Source: Octopus sinensis
Lineage: Eukaryota
Direction: 5' to 3'
NCBI RefSeq assembly: GCF_006345805.1
Contig: NC_043018.1
Location: 17,236,001 to 17,300,000, forward strand
DNA length: 64,000 bases
The translations under genes and the position numbers were made by a program. Shown piece by piece: positions 37,770 to 50,217 of the stretch (position 1 is its first letter; the number at the start of each line of letters is the position of its first letter). The notes under the pieces are model-generated. The model did not search any database. It saw nothing but the letters and a program-made list of their open reading frames with translations, and was not told the origin of the DNA.

Positions 37770-38600
37770 ATATAAACTACGGAAATATGTCTCCTATCAA
37801 TAACTAAGGAGATCCTTGCTCGCATTCTACTGAACAGACTAAGTATATCTGTCCAAAAATCTCTCCTATTTCTTTACTACCCACAAGGGGCTAAACACAG
37901 AGAGGACAAGCAAGGACAGACAAACAGATTAAGTCGATTATATCGACCCCAGTGCGTAACTGGTACTTATTTAATCGACCCAGAAAGGATGAAAGCAAAA
38001 GTCGACATCGGCGGAATTTGAACGCAGAACGTAGCGGCAGACGAAATACCACAAAGCATTTCGCCCGCCGTGCTAACGATTCTGCCAGCTCGCCGCCTTA
38101 CCAAATATCTTTCCTGAAACAGTGTAGCTACCGTTGTGGTAAAAGTAATGAGGACATCCCCTTCTTCCTTCACCAAATTCAGGAAATATGCATTAGGCAG
38201 AACATGCCAAGGCATGATGAGTTCATGAACTTCACAAAGGCTTTTGACATGTTATCTCGTGATGAAATTTAACTGGATCTCAAGGAGCATGGATGTCCTC
38301 CAAGTTTCATCAATAAGGGAATGCAGGTATTTGTAGTACAAGATAGCGATAGGTCGGGCGAGTTGATATTGACAAACAGGGTGCGTACTCGCTCCACTAC
38401 TGTTTTCCATCTATCACGCTGCAGTGTTGGAAGCCCCCTTTGAAGATGTTAGATGAAGGTATTCACATCCAGACGCAGCATGATGCTGACCTGTTCAATG
38501 CTGCATAGTATAAAGCCAAGATGCCCACTACGAAGTTCCTAGTGAGAGTGATGCTGTTCGCTGATAATAGTACGGTGGTTGCCCTCTGCTGTGAAGATAC
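37770..38600 (+). mobile_element. RTE (BovB-like) LINE RT fragment, interrupted by a SINE
   Basis: NY..SLLSI..EILARILLNRL / FPETQCSYRCGKSNEDIPFFLHQIQEICIRQN..EFMNFTKAFDMLSR..LKEHGCPP / KQGCVLAPLLFSIY..DEGIHIQTQHDADLFN..KAK...VRVMLFAD. Confidence 0.85.
37868..38100 (-). mobile_element. Full-length family B (Nin) SINE nested in the RTE fragment
   Basis: 15-bp TSD CCAAAAATCTCTCCT (37853-37867) / CCAAATATCTTTCCT (38101-38115). Confidence 0.9.
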
Positions 38601-38693
38601 GTGGAAACTGGAAGATAACTCTGCCAGAGCTGTTGTACAGAGTTATCTTCCAGATAACTCTACCAGATCTGTACAACAGCTCTGGCAGAGTTA

Positions 38694-38745
<52 letters not shown>

Positions 38746-38780
38746 ATATATAGTATATATATGTATATATATATATAATG

Positions 38781-38814
<34 letters not shown>

Positions 38815-38859
38815 TGTATAATATATAATAATATATATATGTATATATATATATATTAT

Positions 38860-38895
<36 letters not shown>

Positions 38896-38950
38896 ATAGA
38901 TATATGTATATATATATGTATTATATATATATATGTATTATATATGTATA

Positions 38951-39020
<70 letters not shown>

Positions 39021-40750
39021 AAAGTTTGTTTGGTAAAGCACGTGGGTGAATATATAAAAAATAGTAAAGTGTGAAAAAACGACAGAAGGATTAAATGTTA
39101 AAAAATATATATATTTGTGTCAAAATGTCTGGAGAATATTGGAAAAATTTTTTTTTCCCTTTCCTTAAAATGACATAATTTAAAAATTTTTAAAGAAATT
39201 ACCGGTTTCGCGTGTAGCTTTTCAAATTTCTTGTGACGTTATGTTTATATTGCATGGAATTATCGTTGTTTTTATTTCCAGGAGATTTCTAAATAAGGGG
39301 CGGTAGTGAGTGATTTTTTCCGGTGTAGGGGAGATAATCGCTTAAAATTTTTTTTTCCCTTTTCCTTGTTAATTTCTCTGTGTCAGTATGTTCGGATGGT
39401 TGAGTCTGGGTTTGTACTTTTCAATGAAGAATGTTTCCTTGTTCAGTCTCATTTGTGTTGATGATCCGAAAATAATACACAGGCACCTAATGAACCAGCA
39501 GGACACCATACGCACCCAAACCAACCCAACAAAAAGAAAAAGGAAACGTTTGGAATACAAACCTGCACAACAAAAACTCACCTTCTGGAACATGATAATA
39601 AAAATTCCAACAAAGCAGATATCTACGAGGGATGGATAAACTCAACACCAATTATCCCCACGCAAATTCCAGATAAAATTAATTCCTAACGAGCCTGACG
39701 GACAGAGATCTATTAGAGAAAAGTCAGCTCTGTTCAATTTTAAATCAGAAATAGAGCTTCTAAGACTCAGGGCCTCCACAAATGAAGAAAAACTTAAAAG
39801 CATAGACGAGGAGATGCACAATCTAATACTAAAATATACCGAGGGACAACCCCTCGATAATACATTGGATCACTGGAAGGATTCCTGTGAGAGAGAAGAG
39901 AGAAATTCTCTCCTACGCTGGGAGAAAAACATGGACTTCTTCCAAAAATATAGTGAAACCTTCAAAAATGAATAGGGTACAAATAATCCCTTCCTTAAGA
40001 AAATTACAATAAATAAAAAAGAAAAACCTAACAACCCACGAACAACCCCCAACTATCCTCATACCTAAAAACAGAAATCACCCCCAACCAACCTTTCCAA
40101 ACCACGCTAGACCTAACAGGGAACTAGCTGAAAGAGGACGCGTCTATGAAAGAATTACACCAAAAACAGAACAAACCAACAACATCCTAATACCAGACCC
40201 AACCACCATATAGCCAATACGACACTAGGATAGAAATTCAGGAAATATGCATTAGGCAGAACATGCCAAGGCATGATGAGTTCATGAACTTCACAAGGCT
40301 TTTGACATGTTATCTCGTGATGAAATTTAACTGGATCTCAAGGAGCATGGATGTCCTCCAAGTTTCATCAATAAGGGAATGCAGGTATTTGTAGTACAAG
40401 ATAGCGATAGGTCGGGCGAGTTGATATTGACAACAGGGTGCGTACTCGCTCCACTACTGTTTTCCATCTATCACGCTGCAGTGTTGGAAGCCCCCTTTGA
40501 AGATGTTAGATGAAGGTATTCACATCCAGACGCAGCATGATGCTGACCTGTTCAATGCTGCATAGTATAAAGCCAAGATGCCCACTACGAAGTTCCTAGT
40601 GAGAGTGATGCTGTTCGCTGATAATAGTACGGTGGTTGCCCTCTGCTGTGAAGATACGTGGAAACTGGAAGATAACTCTGCCAGAGCTGTTGTACAGAGT
40701 TATCTTCCAGATAACTCTACCAGATCTGTACAACAGCTCTGGCAGAGTTA

Positions 40751-40789
<39 letters not shown>

Positions 40790-40899
40790 TATATATATAT
40801 ATATGTATATATATATGTAATATATATATAAATGTATATTATATATATATTATATATGTATATATATATATATGTATATATATATTATAATATATGTTA

Positions 40900-40987
<88 letters not shown>

Positions 40988-41004
40988 GTATATATATATG
41001 TATA

Positions 41005-41096
<92 letters not shown>

Positions 41097-42313
41097 TAAG
41101 AAAGTTTGTTTGGTAAAGCACGTGGGTGAATATATAAGAAAATAGTAAAGTGTGAAAAAAACGACAGAAGGATTAAATGTTAAAAAATATATATATTTGT
41201 GTCAAAATGTCTGGAGAATATTGGAAAAATTTTTTTCCCTTTCCTTAAAATTACATAATTTAAAAATTTTTAAGAAATTACCGGTTTCGCGTGTAGCTTT
41301 TCAAATTTCTTGTGACGTTATGTTTATATTGCATGGAATTATCGTTGTTTTTATTTCCAGGAGATTTCTAAATAAGGGGCGGTAGTGAGTGATTTTTTCC
41401 GGTGTAGGGGAGATAATCGCTTAAAATTTTTTTTTCCCTTTTCCTTGTTAATTTCTCTGTGTCAGTATGTTCGGATGGTTGAGTCTGGGTTTGTACTTTT
41501 CAATGAAGAATGTTTCCTTGTTCAGTCTCATTTGTGTTGATGATCCGAAAATAATACACAGGCACCTAATGAAACACAGCAGGACACCATACGCACCCAA
41601 ACCAACCCAACAAAAAGAAAAATAGGAAACGTTTGGAATACAAACCTGCACAACAGAAACTCACCTTCTGGAACATGATAAAAAATTCCAACAAAGCATA
41701 TCTACGAGGGATGGATAAACTCAACACCAATTATCCTCCCACGCAAATTCCAGATAAAATTAATTCCTAACGAGCCTGACGGACAGAGATCTATTAGAGA
41801 AAAGTCAGCTCTGTTCAATTTTAAATCAGAAATAGAGCTTCTAAGACTCAGGGCCTCCACAAATGAAGAAAAACTTAAAAGCATAGACGAGGAGATGCAC
41901 AATCTAATACTAAAATATACCGAGGGACAACCCCTCGATAATACATTGGATCACTGGAAGGATTCCTGTGAGAGAGAAGAGAGAAATTCTCTCCTACGCT
42001 GGAGAAAAACATGGACTTCTTCCAAAAATATAGTGAACCTTCAAAAATGAATAGGGTACAAATAATCCTTCCTTAAGAAAATTACAATAAATAAAAAAAA
42101 AAACCTAACAACCCACGAACAACCCCCAACTATCCTCCATACACTAAAAAAGAATCACCCACAACCAACCTTTACAAACCACGCTAGACCTAACAGGGAA
42201 CTAGCTGAAAGAGGACGCGTCTATGAAAGAAATTACACCAAAAACAGAACAAACCAACAACATCCTAATACCAGACCCAACCACCATATAGCACAATACG
42301 ACACTAGGATAAG
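38175..42313. repeat. Tandem segmental duplication of about 2.06 kb (unit 1 38175-40233, unit 2 40234-42313)
   Basis: Both units contain RTE fragment + fold-back + (CT)/(TA)n + inverted pLTR + PLE 5' region. The junction has AAAT microhomology. Confidence 0.9.
39018..39471 (-). mobile_element. Inverted 3' pLTR copy of the Neptune-type PLE (duplicated at 41098-41550)
   Basis: Reverse complement of 44804-45215, plus about 30 extra terminal bases. Confidence 0.9.
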
Positions 42314-44906
42314 AAATACACCACACACAAATCACTACTACCCCATGAACCAAAACTACTGGTCCCCACTAAACACAAGACAAACGCAAAGAACCACTAT
42401 GTCAAGCAACATCCCACATACAAGAAGTTCGAAACAAAAATATTCCCCATAAAGAAATTTTACACACACCACAAGCATTACAACCATAGATTCCCACACA
42501 CACACAACGATCGGAGGCAACAATACCACCACTCCCCCGACCAAATACCACACAACCTCACAGACAACTCATACAAACAAAATTACACCCAACATTTTTT
42601 AGCCAGGACCAGGGACACCAGGACACAGGCTGGAACCTAGTAATAAGGAAAAACCGAAGATAATCAATCTTTCAACCAAACCTCTTTCTAACATAAAAAT
42701 TGACATCCTCGCAAAAGGGCTCAATTTACACCAACTCCACGCAGAGCAAACCTAAATGAACTCAAGGATAATATAACAGAATTTTGCAGAAAATTAAGAC
42801 TAGCAGAAGCATCAAACAGTTCAATACTGAAGATGAATCACTAGTCAAGAACAAAAGTGAACACATCCCACACAGAGGAAGAAATAAAGATCTTGACGAA
42901 TTCTGTAACCACATTGAGAACTTCCCCTACCATACTATACATAAACAGAAAGCTAACCCAAATTTTAACACTACACAATGGAAAGAACTGATAGAACTCC
43001 AAAATGATGAAGATATAACCATTAAGGAAGCGGACAAGGGAATGCAGTTGTAATAATGGATACATCATACTACAGAAATCTTGTAATTTCCTTGCTTGAT
43101 GAAGACCTACATTATGAAAAAATTACCAACTACACCCCACAAAAAATAATGAAAACTCTATCTTCACTAATTAAAACCCATGAAAAGGAACTGACAACCA
43201 AAGAGATTGATTTCCTAACAAACTTAAATACAAACCTAGCCTTTTCTATGTCTGCCAAAAATTCATAAAAGTCAAATTATAAATGAAACCATTAAAAAAT
43301 CACCAAAGACATACATACACACACCTAATCCGGGGGACCTAAAACTACGACCCATTGTAGCTGGCCCAACCTGTGAAAACACAGACTAAGTCTACTTATG
43401 GACATCCTCTTGAAACCCTTCCTTAAACATATCGATAGCCATATCAGAGATGACTTAGATATGTTAAACCACCTTCCAAAAAAAAACCAAGGAAGAAACA
43501 ATCCTGGTTTCATTTGATGTAGTCAACTTGTATACCAGTATACCTCATAATTATGGACTGGAGGCAATACAATTCTGGTTAGACCAATTTCCGGAAGAAA
43601 TACCAAAAAGGATCAGTAAGGAATTCATTACTAAATCAATTGAATTCATCCTACACAATAACCACTTCATGTTTGACAATACATTTTACCGTCAAAAATC
43701 CGGAATTGCTATGGGTACAAGGGCAGCACCAGTCATTGCGAACTTAACAATGGGATACATGGAAATAATCATTTACCAGGAATCTCTATCAATCTTTGGA
43801 AACTCCCTCTCTCAATACATAAAAGAGAATTGGAAACGATTCCTAGACGATTGTTTCATTCTCTGGAATGAAAACATAAAAATTTAAAAACCTATTGAAC
43901 AGCATAAACCCAAATATACAGTTCAGAATGGAATAGAACCAAAAGGAGCTCCAGTTCTTGGATATACTAATTAAAAAAATTAACCTTAAAATAGAAACAG
44001 ACATTTTTTACAAAGCCACAGACGCCAAACAATACCTTCTTTTTAATTCATGCCACCACAAGACACACTAAAACAACATCCCCTTCAACCTTGCAAGAAG
44101 GATATGCACAATAGTGTCAGAACAAAATACCAGGAACTTTAGACTGCAAGAACTCAAAAACACCCTAATTGACAGATATTACCCAGCTCAACTCATAGAG
44201 GATGGGATCAGACGTGCAACAGAAAATCAACATAGAAACTTTAAGAAAAGTTCAACACAACAACACACCTTCCCGAAAATACTACCTTACATATCTACAT
44301 ACAACCCCAGAAACAAAGAAGCCTTCACCATCATCACCCAAATTTACCAATACTTCATAAAAACCAAAATTAAAGGAAATTCTAACATACACCAAATCAT
44401 TAAAAGCTACAAACAGCCTAAATCACTTAAAAAGATTCTCACAAAGGCAAAATTGTTTTCTAAAATTACGGCTGCAAAAGTAAAAAATGTGGGTAGATCG
44501 AACTGTGCAACATGTCCTAACCTATTGGAAGGATCAGAATTCTTCTTTAAAGAGGGACAGAAATTTAAGATCAAATCTAACTTTACTTGTGCCTCTGAAA
44601 ACATAATTTATGTTATTAAATGCTCGGGCTGCCACCACCAGACTACGTGGGTTCCACGGGACTATCACTCAGGCGCAGATGCACACTGCATCGACAACAG
44701 ATTGCATTCCCAGAATATAGAATGATACCTTTAGTGAGCACATTGAGAAATGCGCAAAGCAACTACTGCCACAATTTTTAATCTTCCCATTTTACCAATG
44801 TGCTTTCGGATCATCAACACAAATGAGACTGAACAGGGAAACATTCTTCATTGAAAAGTACAAACCCAGACTCAACCATCCGAACATACTGACACAGAGA
44901 AATTAA
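41551..44906 (+). pseudogene. PLE pol ORF (RT + GIY-YIG), broken by multiple single-base frameshifts
   Basis: Track ORFs 42784-43053, 43056-43268, 43528-43887 and 44114-44725 are consecutive pieces of one protein of about 1100 aa. Confidence 0.85.
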
Positions 44907-45043
44907 CAAGGAAAAGGGAATAAGATGTTTTAAACGATTATCTCCCCTACACCGGAAAAAATCACTCACTACCTCCCCTTATTTAGAAATCTCCTGGAAA
45001 TAAAAACAAAGATAATTCCATGCAAATAAACATAACGTCACAA

Positions 45044-45078
45044 GAAATTTGAAAAGCTACCGCGAAACCGGTAATTTC
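45044..45078 (+). ncRNA. Minimal hammerhead variant with U3-A8 core (copies also at 39195-39230 and 41274-41309, minus strand)
   Basis: GAAAT-TTGAAAA-GC-TAC(A)C-GC-GAAA-CCGG-TA-ATTTC: 5-bp stem I, 2-bp stem II, palindromic ACCGGT stem III, GUA site. Confidence 0.6.
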
Positions 45079-45212
45079 TTTAAAAATTTTAGAATTATGT
45101 CAATTTAAGGAAAGGGAAAAAAAATTTTCCCATATTCTCCAGACATTTTGACACAAATATATATATTTTTTAACATTTAAGCCTTCTGTCGTTTTTTCAC
45201 ACTTTACTATTT

Positions 45213-45282
<70 letters not shown>

Positions 45283-45314
45283 TATATGTATATATATAAT
45301 GTATATAATATATG

Positions 45315-45407
<93 letters not shown>

Positions 45408-45910
45408 GTGTATGGTCGTGTGGGTAGGTGTGCTATTCATCCGTATACACGGATAACGACACATTTTTAATATTCTTGCTCTCAACATAACCCCCACCAG
45501 ACGGTTTCCATATATCGTGATTTCCTCTATTATAAAATCATGTTTCTGATTTCAGTGTCTGAGTTCTCTATTTCCTAATTGCTATTTTCTTGTAATGATC
45601 GTTCCATTCTATTAAGAGGACAGTAGTTGTCACTTTAATTAAAAACTGATTAATATTAACACGTTACTATTCGCTTCGAAAAGTGAATATTTTTGCATTT
45701 CTAATTACTCTCAGGAAAATATATTTAATTAACTCTCATAATATTTTAGTGTGGAATGCTGTAAGAATTCAAATCTAGATGTTTTCAGTAACATTAGATT
45801 TAGCCAAGAAATGTCGAATCCCCGGTAAAAAATAAGAATAAAAATAGGATGATAAAATATTAAATTTTAAGTATTAGCATTGTTCCATACATGTATTAAG
45901 ATTATTAACC

Positions 45911-46198
45911 GACACTTCATCAGTTAGGATGACGTGAGTTCCATTTGAACCGGTCTATGGAAATACCTGTTCGTAAAATTAGCTAAGCACTCCACAGACA
46001 CGCGTATACTTAACGTACCTTTTAGCGGGATTCAGCGTCACACAGATTGTGCCGTTGTTAGCCCTTCTAATTGCATTTGGAACTCATATTACCTACTGAA
46101 TGAACTGGAGCAACGTGAAGGAAAGTGTCTGTTCAACTCCGTGATTTGAACTCTCGACCTAATGATACTGAGCCGATTACTATAAGCCACGCTCCTTC
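45911..46198 (-). mobile_element. Old mosaic tRNA-SINE sharing its 3' half with family C
   Basis: The minus strand 3' part CTGTGTGACGCTGAAT...TACGTTAAG..CGTGTCTGTGGAGTGCT matches 51565-51710. The 5' body (CACTTTCCTTCACGTTGCTCCAGTTCATTCAG..AATATGAGT) differs. Confidence 0.7.
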
Positions 46199-46350
46199 CC
46201 TCGGATTATTTAAGATTACTTAATAATTTTAAAATAAAACAGAGGATACAGTATGAGGTTGTTGGATCTGCTTGGGGCAGAAATAATCTCTTTTAGAAAA
46301 TACATTAGTTTCAAACAGGCGAGTTTATAGAATGGAGTTTATAATTTATT

Positions 46351-46502
46351 TATTTAATTACTACCCACAAGGGGCTAAACGCAGAGGGGACAAACAAGGA
46401 TATACAAAGGGATTAAGTCGATTATCTCGACCCCAGTGCGTACTGGCACTTAATTTATTAACTCTAAAAGGATGAAACACAAAGTCGACCACGGCTAAAT
46501 TT
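46351..46502 (-). mobile_element. 5'-truncated family B SINE
   Basis: CTACCCACAAGGGGCTAAAC...TCGACCCCAGTGCGTACTGG...AAGGATGAAA..AAAGTCGACC. Confidence 0.85.
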
Positions 46503-47688
46503 TCATCGTTATCATCTTTCGCTGTACTAATGTGTTAGGCTGACTATACAGAACTATAGGCAAAGGCAATGGTCTTGGTTGGAACAGTCGTTGCCATTAG
46601 CTTGCTACTTCATAGCCGCCCTGAGTTGAAACACAATCGGTATTTTAAAAAAAATATATTATTGTGAAATATGAAATAAATCATCCTAACGAAATATATT
46701 TATTTAAAGAAACAAATGCAGAGCATAATAGCGGAAAGTAAATTTAATAATATGTAGAATGTTTCCGTATAATATTGTAAACATAGTTGATATTCTGTAT
46801 ATGAAGATGTAGTAGGTTGACGATATGACAAAATTGATTAGAAACTGAAGCGAATATATTAGAATAAACAGGAAAGCAAAACTAAATAAAATCGATTAAA
46901 TGTTGACAGGAATTGAACGAGATTTTGCTCCTCTGACATATTATATATCATATTTAATTAATTTTATAACTTGTCATTTATCTCTTCGATTCAACTCAGA
47001 ACATCGACCTAAGCCCAGAAGCGAATCTGTTTGCCAAATAGTAGATTCAATCGCATTTTATGAGTGTAGACACATCGCTATGTCGTATATTTTTAAAGTT
47101 CATTTTAACAAAAAATATTCATCAATATTCTGGACATCGAGAGGCTGTCACGCATAATGAAAGTAGGTAAAATATATATATATTGGTGGTGGTGGGGGGT
47201 GTCTGTGTGTGTATATGTGTGTTTATGTGTGTGCAGGCATGCACACAATATATATGGGCGTGCACACAAATATTATACAAAGCAGGAAGAAGAATAGAAT
47301 GAAATCGGTGTGGAGAGTTTCAGTGCAAAGTTTTCAGGAGGGAAAAGAAAGACACTGCAGTTTTACTTCATCTGTTGTACTATGATTCGAAACCACACCG
47401 CCCTTTTTTAAACATAAATGCCGTAAATCTCTACTGTGTTTCTTTTGTTACCAGTTTTTTTTTAACTGTTTCCTGCAAAACGACTGTCCCGAACGTAAGA
47501 TATGCTACCGCCGAAAGCAATTTCACTGAATTCTGTCTGCCACACTTTCTGAATTATACAACTCATGCCGACGCAGACACAAACGAACAAATTGGATTCG
47601 GATATATGCGGATGTTTATGCGCGTGTTAGTGTGTGTATGAGTGTAGGTATGTGTGTGTCTAATTGTATGGGGGTTTGTAATTGTATA

Positions 47689-48069
47689 TCTCTCTCTATA
47701 TAAACGGGAGTTTGTCTGTGCGTGTTTCTGGTGTCTGTTTGCTTGTACCCTCACCCTGACCACGGCTTTCAAACCGATTCTGATGAAACTTGACACACAC
47801 ATAGCCCAATGTCATAATTCAAAACTAACGCAGCGAAAATTTGAAAAGTTCCCCCAGTCTGAAAAAAATCGATAAATTCGACATGGGGTCGAGAATCAGG
47901 AATACGAACCACAAACTGTCTAGGGGACGCAACTCTACCATTTTTAAATCTCAAAAAAAATTTACCATCATTTTTTCCATTTTTTTGCTATTTTTTGGCT
48001 ATAACTCTCTAAAAATGCTTTATAGTTATTTCCCTTACAAACCTGAGCAACGCCGGGCGATACTGCTAG
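47689..48069 (+). mobile_element. Non-autonomous Helitron (381 bp)
   Basis: 5' TC after A; 3' CTAG followed by T; subterminal GC hairpin CCTGAGCAACGCCGGG about 9 nt upstream of CTAG; no TSD; internal ACCGATTCTGATGAAACTTG motif. Confidence 0.8.
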
Positions 48070-48978
48070 TGTATGTATATGTACATACGTATAAGTACCT
48101 GTATGTGTATATTTGATGAATGAGAGTATGTATCATGACTATGATACTAAAAACATACAAAGAAAATATTTGTTTCATATTATGTTTCGTATTGCATCTA
48201 TGTATTACATATGACGATCTGTTAGAACTTCGGGCAAAATATATATTGCAATACAAATATTGCAGGAGATATGAATGGAACAAAGTACTTTCAAATAGTT
48301 GATCTATTAAAAGTTGTTGCTTATAATTGAAATGCACACCTCCTCGAAATATCAATGGTTTGGTGTCTAGCCAAAATTTGTTTTAAATTCAATAAATTCT
48401 CAGCCATGTAAACAAATCAATAGCGATCATGTTGAGCTATGAATAATATTAACAGCTCTAATGTGAATTGCATGCAGCACACATGTGTGCCAGTAATATG
48501 CACCATTATTAATACCTGATATACAAGAGATAAAAAGAGATGAATAGATAGAAAAAAATCGACTTATTAGAATTCCTCAAAGGATCAATGAAATTATATA
48601 ATAGCTTTTGTGATTATTCTAAAATAATAACTGGTTAATGTAGTCAATATCAATGGAAACGATCGCATTAGCATTTTTACGTATGGAATGCAGACATACA
48701 CATAGTCCTGTGCATTGAGATTAAGCTATTATAAGACACAGGATGGCGAACATCTAATCAAGAAGCGATAGGAAAAACAAGAGCATTATCAGGGGAAAAA
48801 ATGTGTCAGACACACACGCGCGCACATAAACAGCAACACACAAAAAAAACACGCATAAACCTTATATACATGATCAACGTATACAAATGAGTGTATACAT
48901 ACATTCATATATGTGGTGTGTGTGTGTTAGTGTTGCTCGTATATATGTACACACATATATATAAGCATGTATATATGC

Positions 48979-49018
<40 letters not shown>

Positions 49019-49030
49019 TATATATGTATG

Positions 49031-49062
<32 letters not shown>

Positions 49063-49319
49063 GTGCGTGAGTGGATCGAGAAAGAGATAGAGAGAGAGAG
49101 AGAGAGAGACTAGTTTTATTTGCACATCTTGCATTTATCGAGGTGTGTATTGAAGATATGTATGCGATATGGTTCTAGAATATGCAAATGTACACATGCA
49201 TACATAGACATGCATATATAACTAATATATATATATATACATACATTTGCATATATGCAGACATACACGTAGGTTTATATATATGTACATATATGTAAAC
49301 ACATACACAGACACACACG

Positions 49320-49361
<42 letters not shown>

Positions 49362-50163
49362 TATAGCTAGCCGGATTGATAGATGATAGATACGTACAAC
49401 TATGTGTGTGTGTGTGTGTGTGGTGTGTGTGTGTGTGTGTGTATTTATAGGATTCAGACATAATAAATGCTGAAGGCAAAACACTCTCAGTGATCTCACC
49501 TGAGGCGCAATAATACGAAAGGTATGAGAAATAGCAATAAGTCGAGACATTTCTCTGCATATACGTGGGAGATATCAAATAACTCTGAAACGATATTGAG
49601 AATATAAACAGCCGCCTAATATATATTTAATACTGAACCAAGTTCTGTATTGAGTGTAAGCAGGTGAAAGTACGCTGATCGTACACTGGGGAAGACTAAT
49701 AAAATTCAAGACCTTTCAGGTATTAGCATAAAAGGCATCAATAACGGTGTTAAGTCTGCAGGAAAAAAAGAAACTAAAACACTATGCCTGAAGAGTGATG
49801 ATTGATGGGTTCAGGAACGTGCTACTAGGTAACTATCCTACGGTTAATCAATTTAGTCAGGTTCAATAGCCTGGGGATGTCTGTGGTGAAACAGGACACA
49901 AAATTGATATTTTGTCCAAGTTTCGTGTAAGTTTTGTCTAAGTTTAATTGGCAAACTTCTTCAAATTATGGACCCAATGAGTAATGAATGTTTTACATAT
50001 AAAGATAAATTATATATATATATATATATATAAATGTTATATATATATAGATATATATATATAATATATATATATTATATATATATATATACATTTATCT
50101 CTCTCTCTCTCTATATATATATAATATATATATATAAACATATATATTTTATATACATACATA

Positions 50164-50217
<54 letters not shown>

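Larger units (their letters stand above)
41098..45215 (+). mobile_element. Near-complete Neptune-type Penelope-like retroelement (inverted pLTR + ORF + 3' pLTR) in (TA)n
   Basis: RT motifs: KGLNFTPTP, IKEADKG, PKIHK, LRPIVAGP, SFDVVNLYTSIP, GIAMGTRAAP..ANLTMG, RFLDD, FLDILI. Zn-finger-like (C)GRSNCATC. GIY-YIG as IIYVIKCSGC..YVGST. Stop at 44904-44906. Confidence 0.95.
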
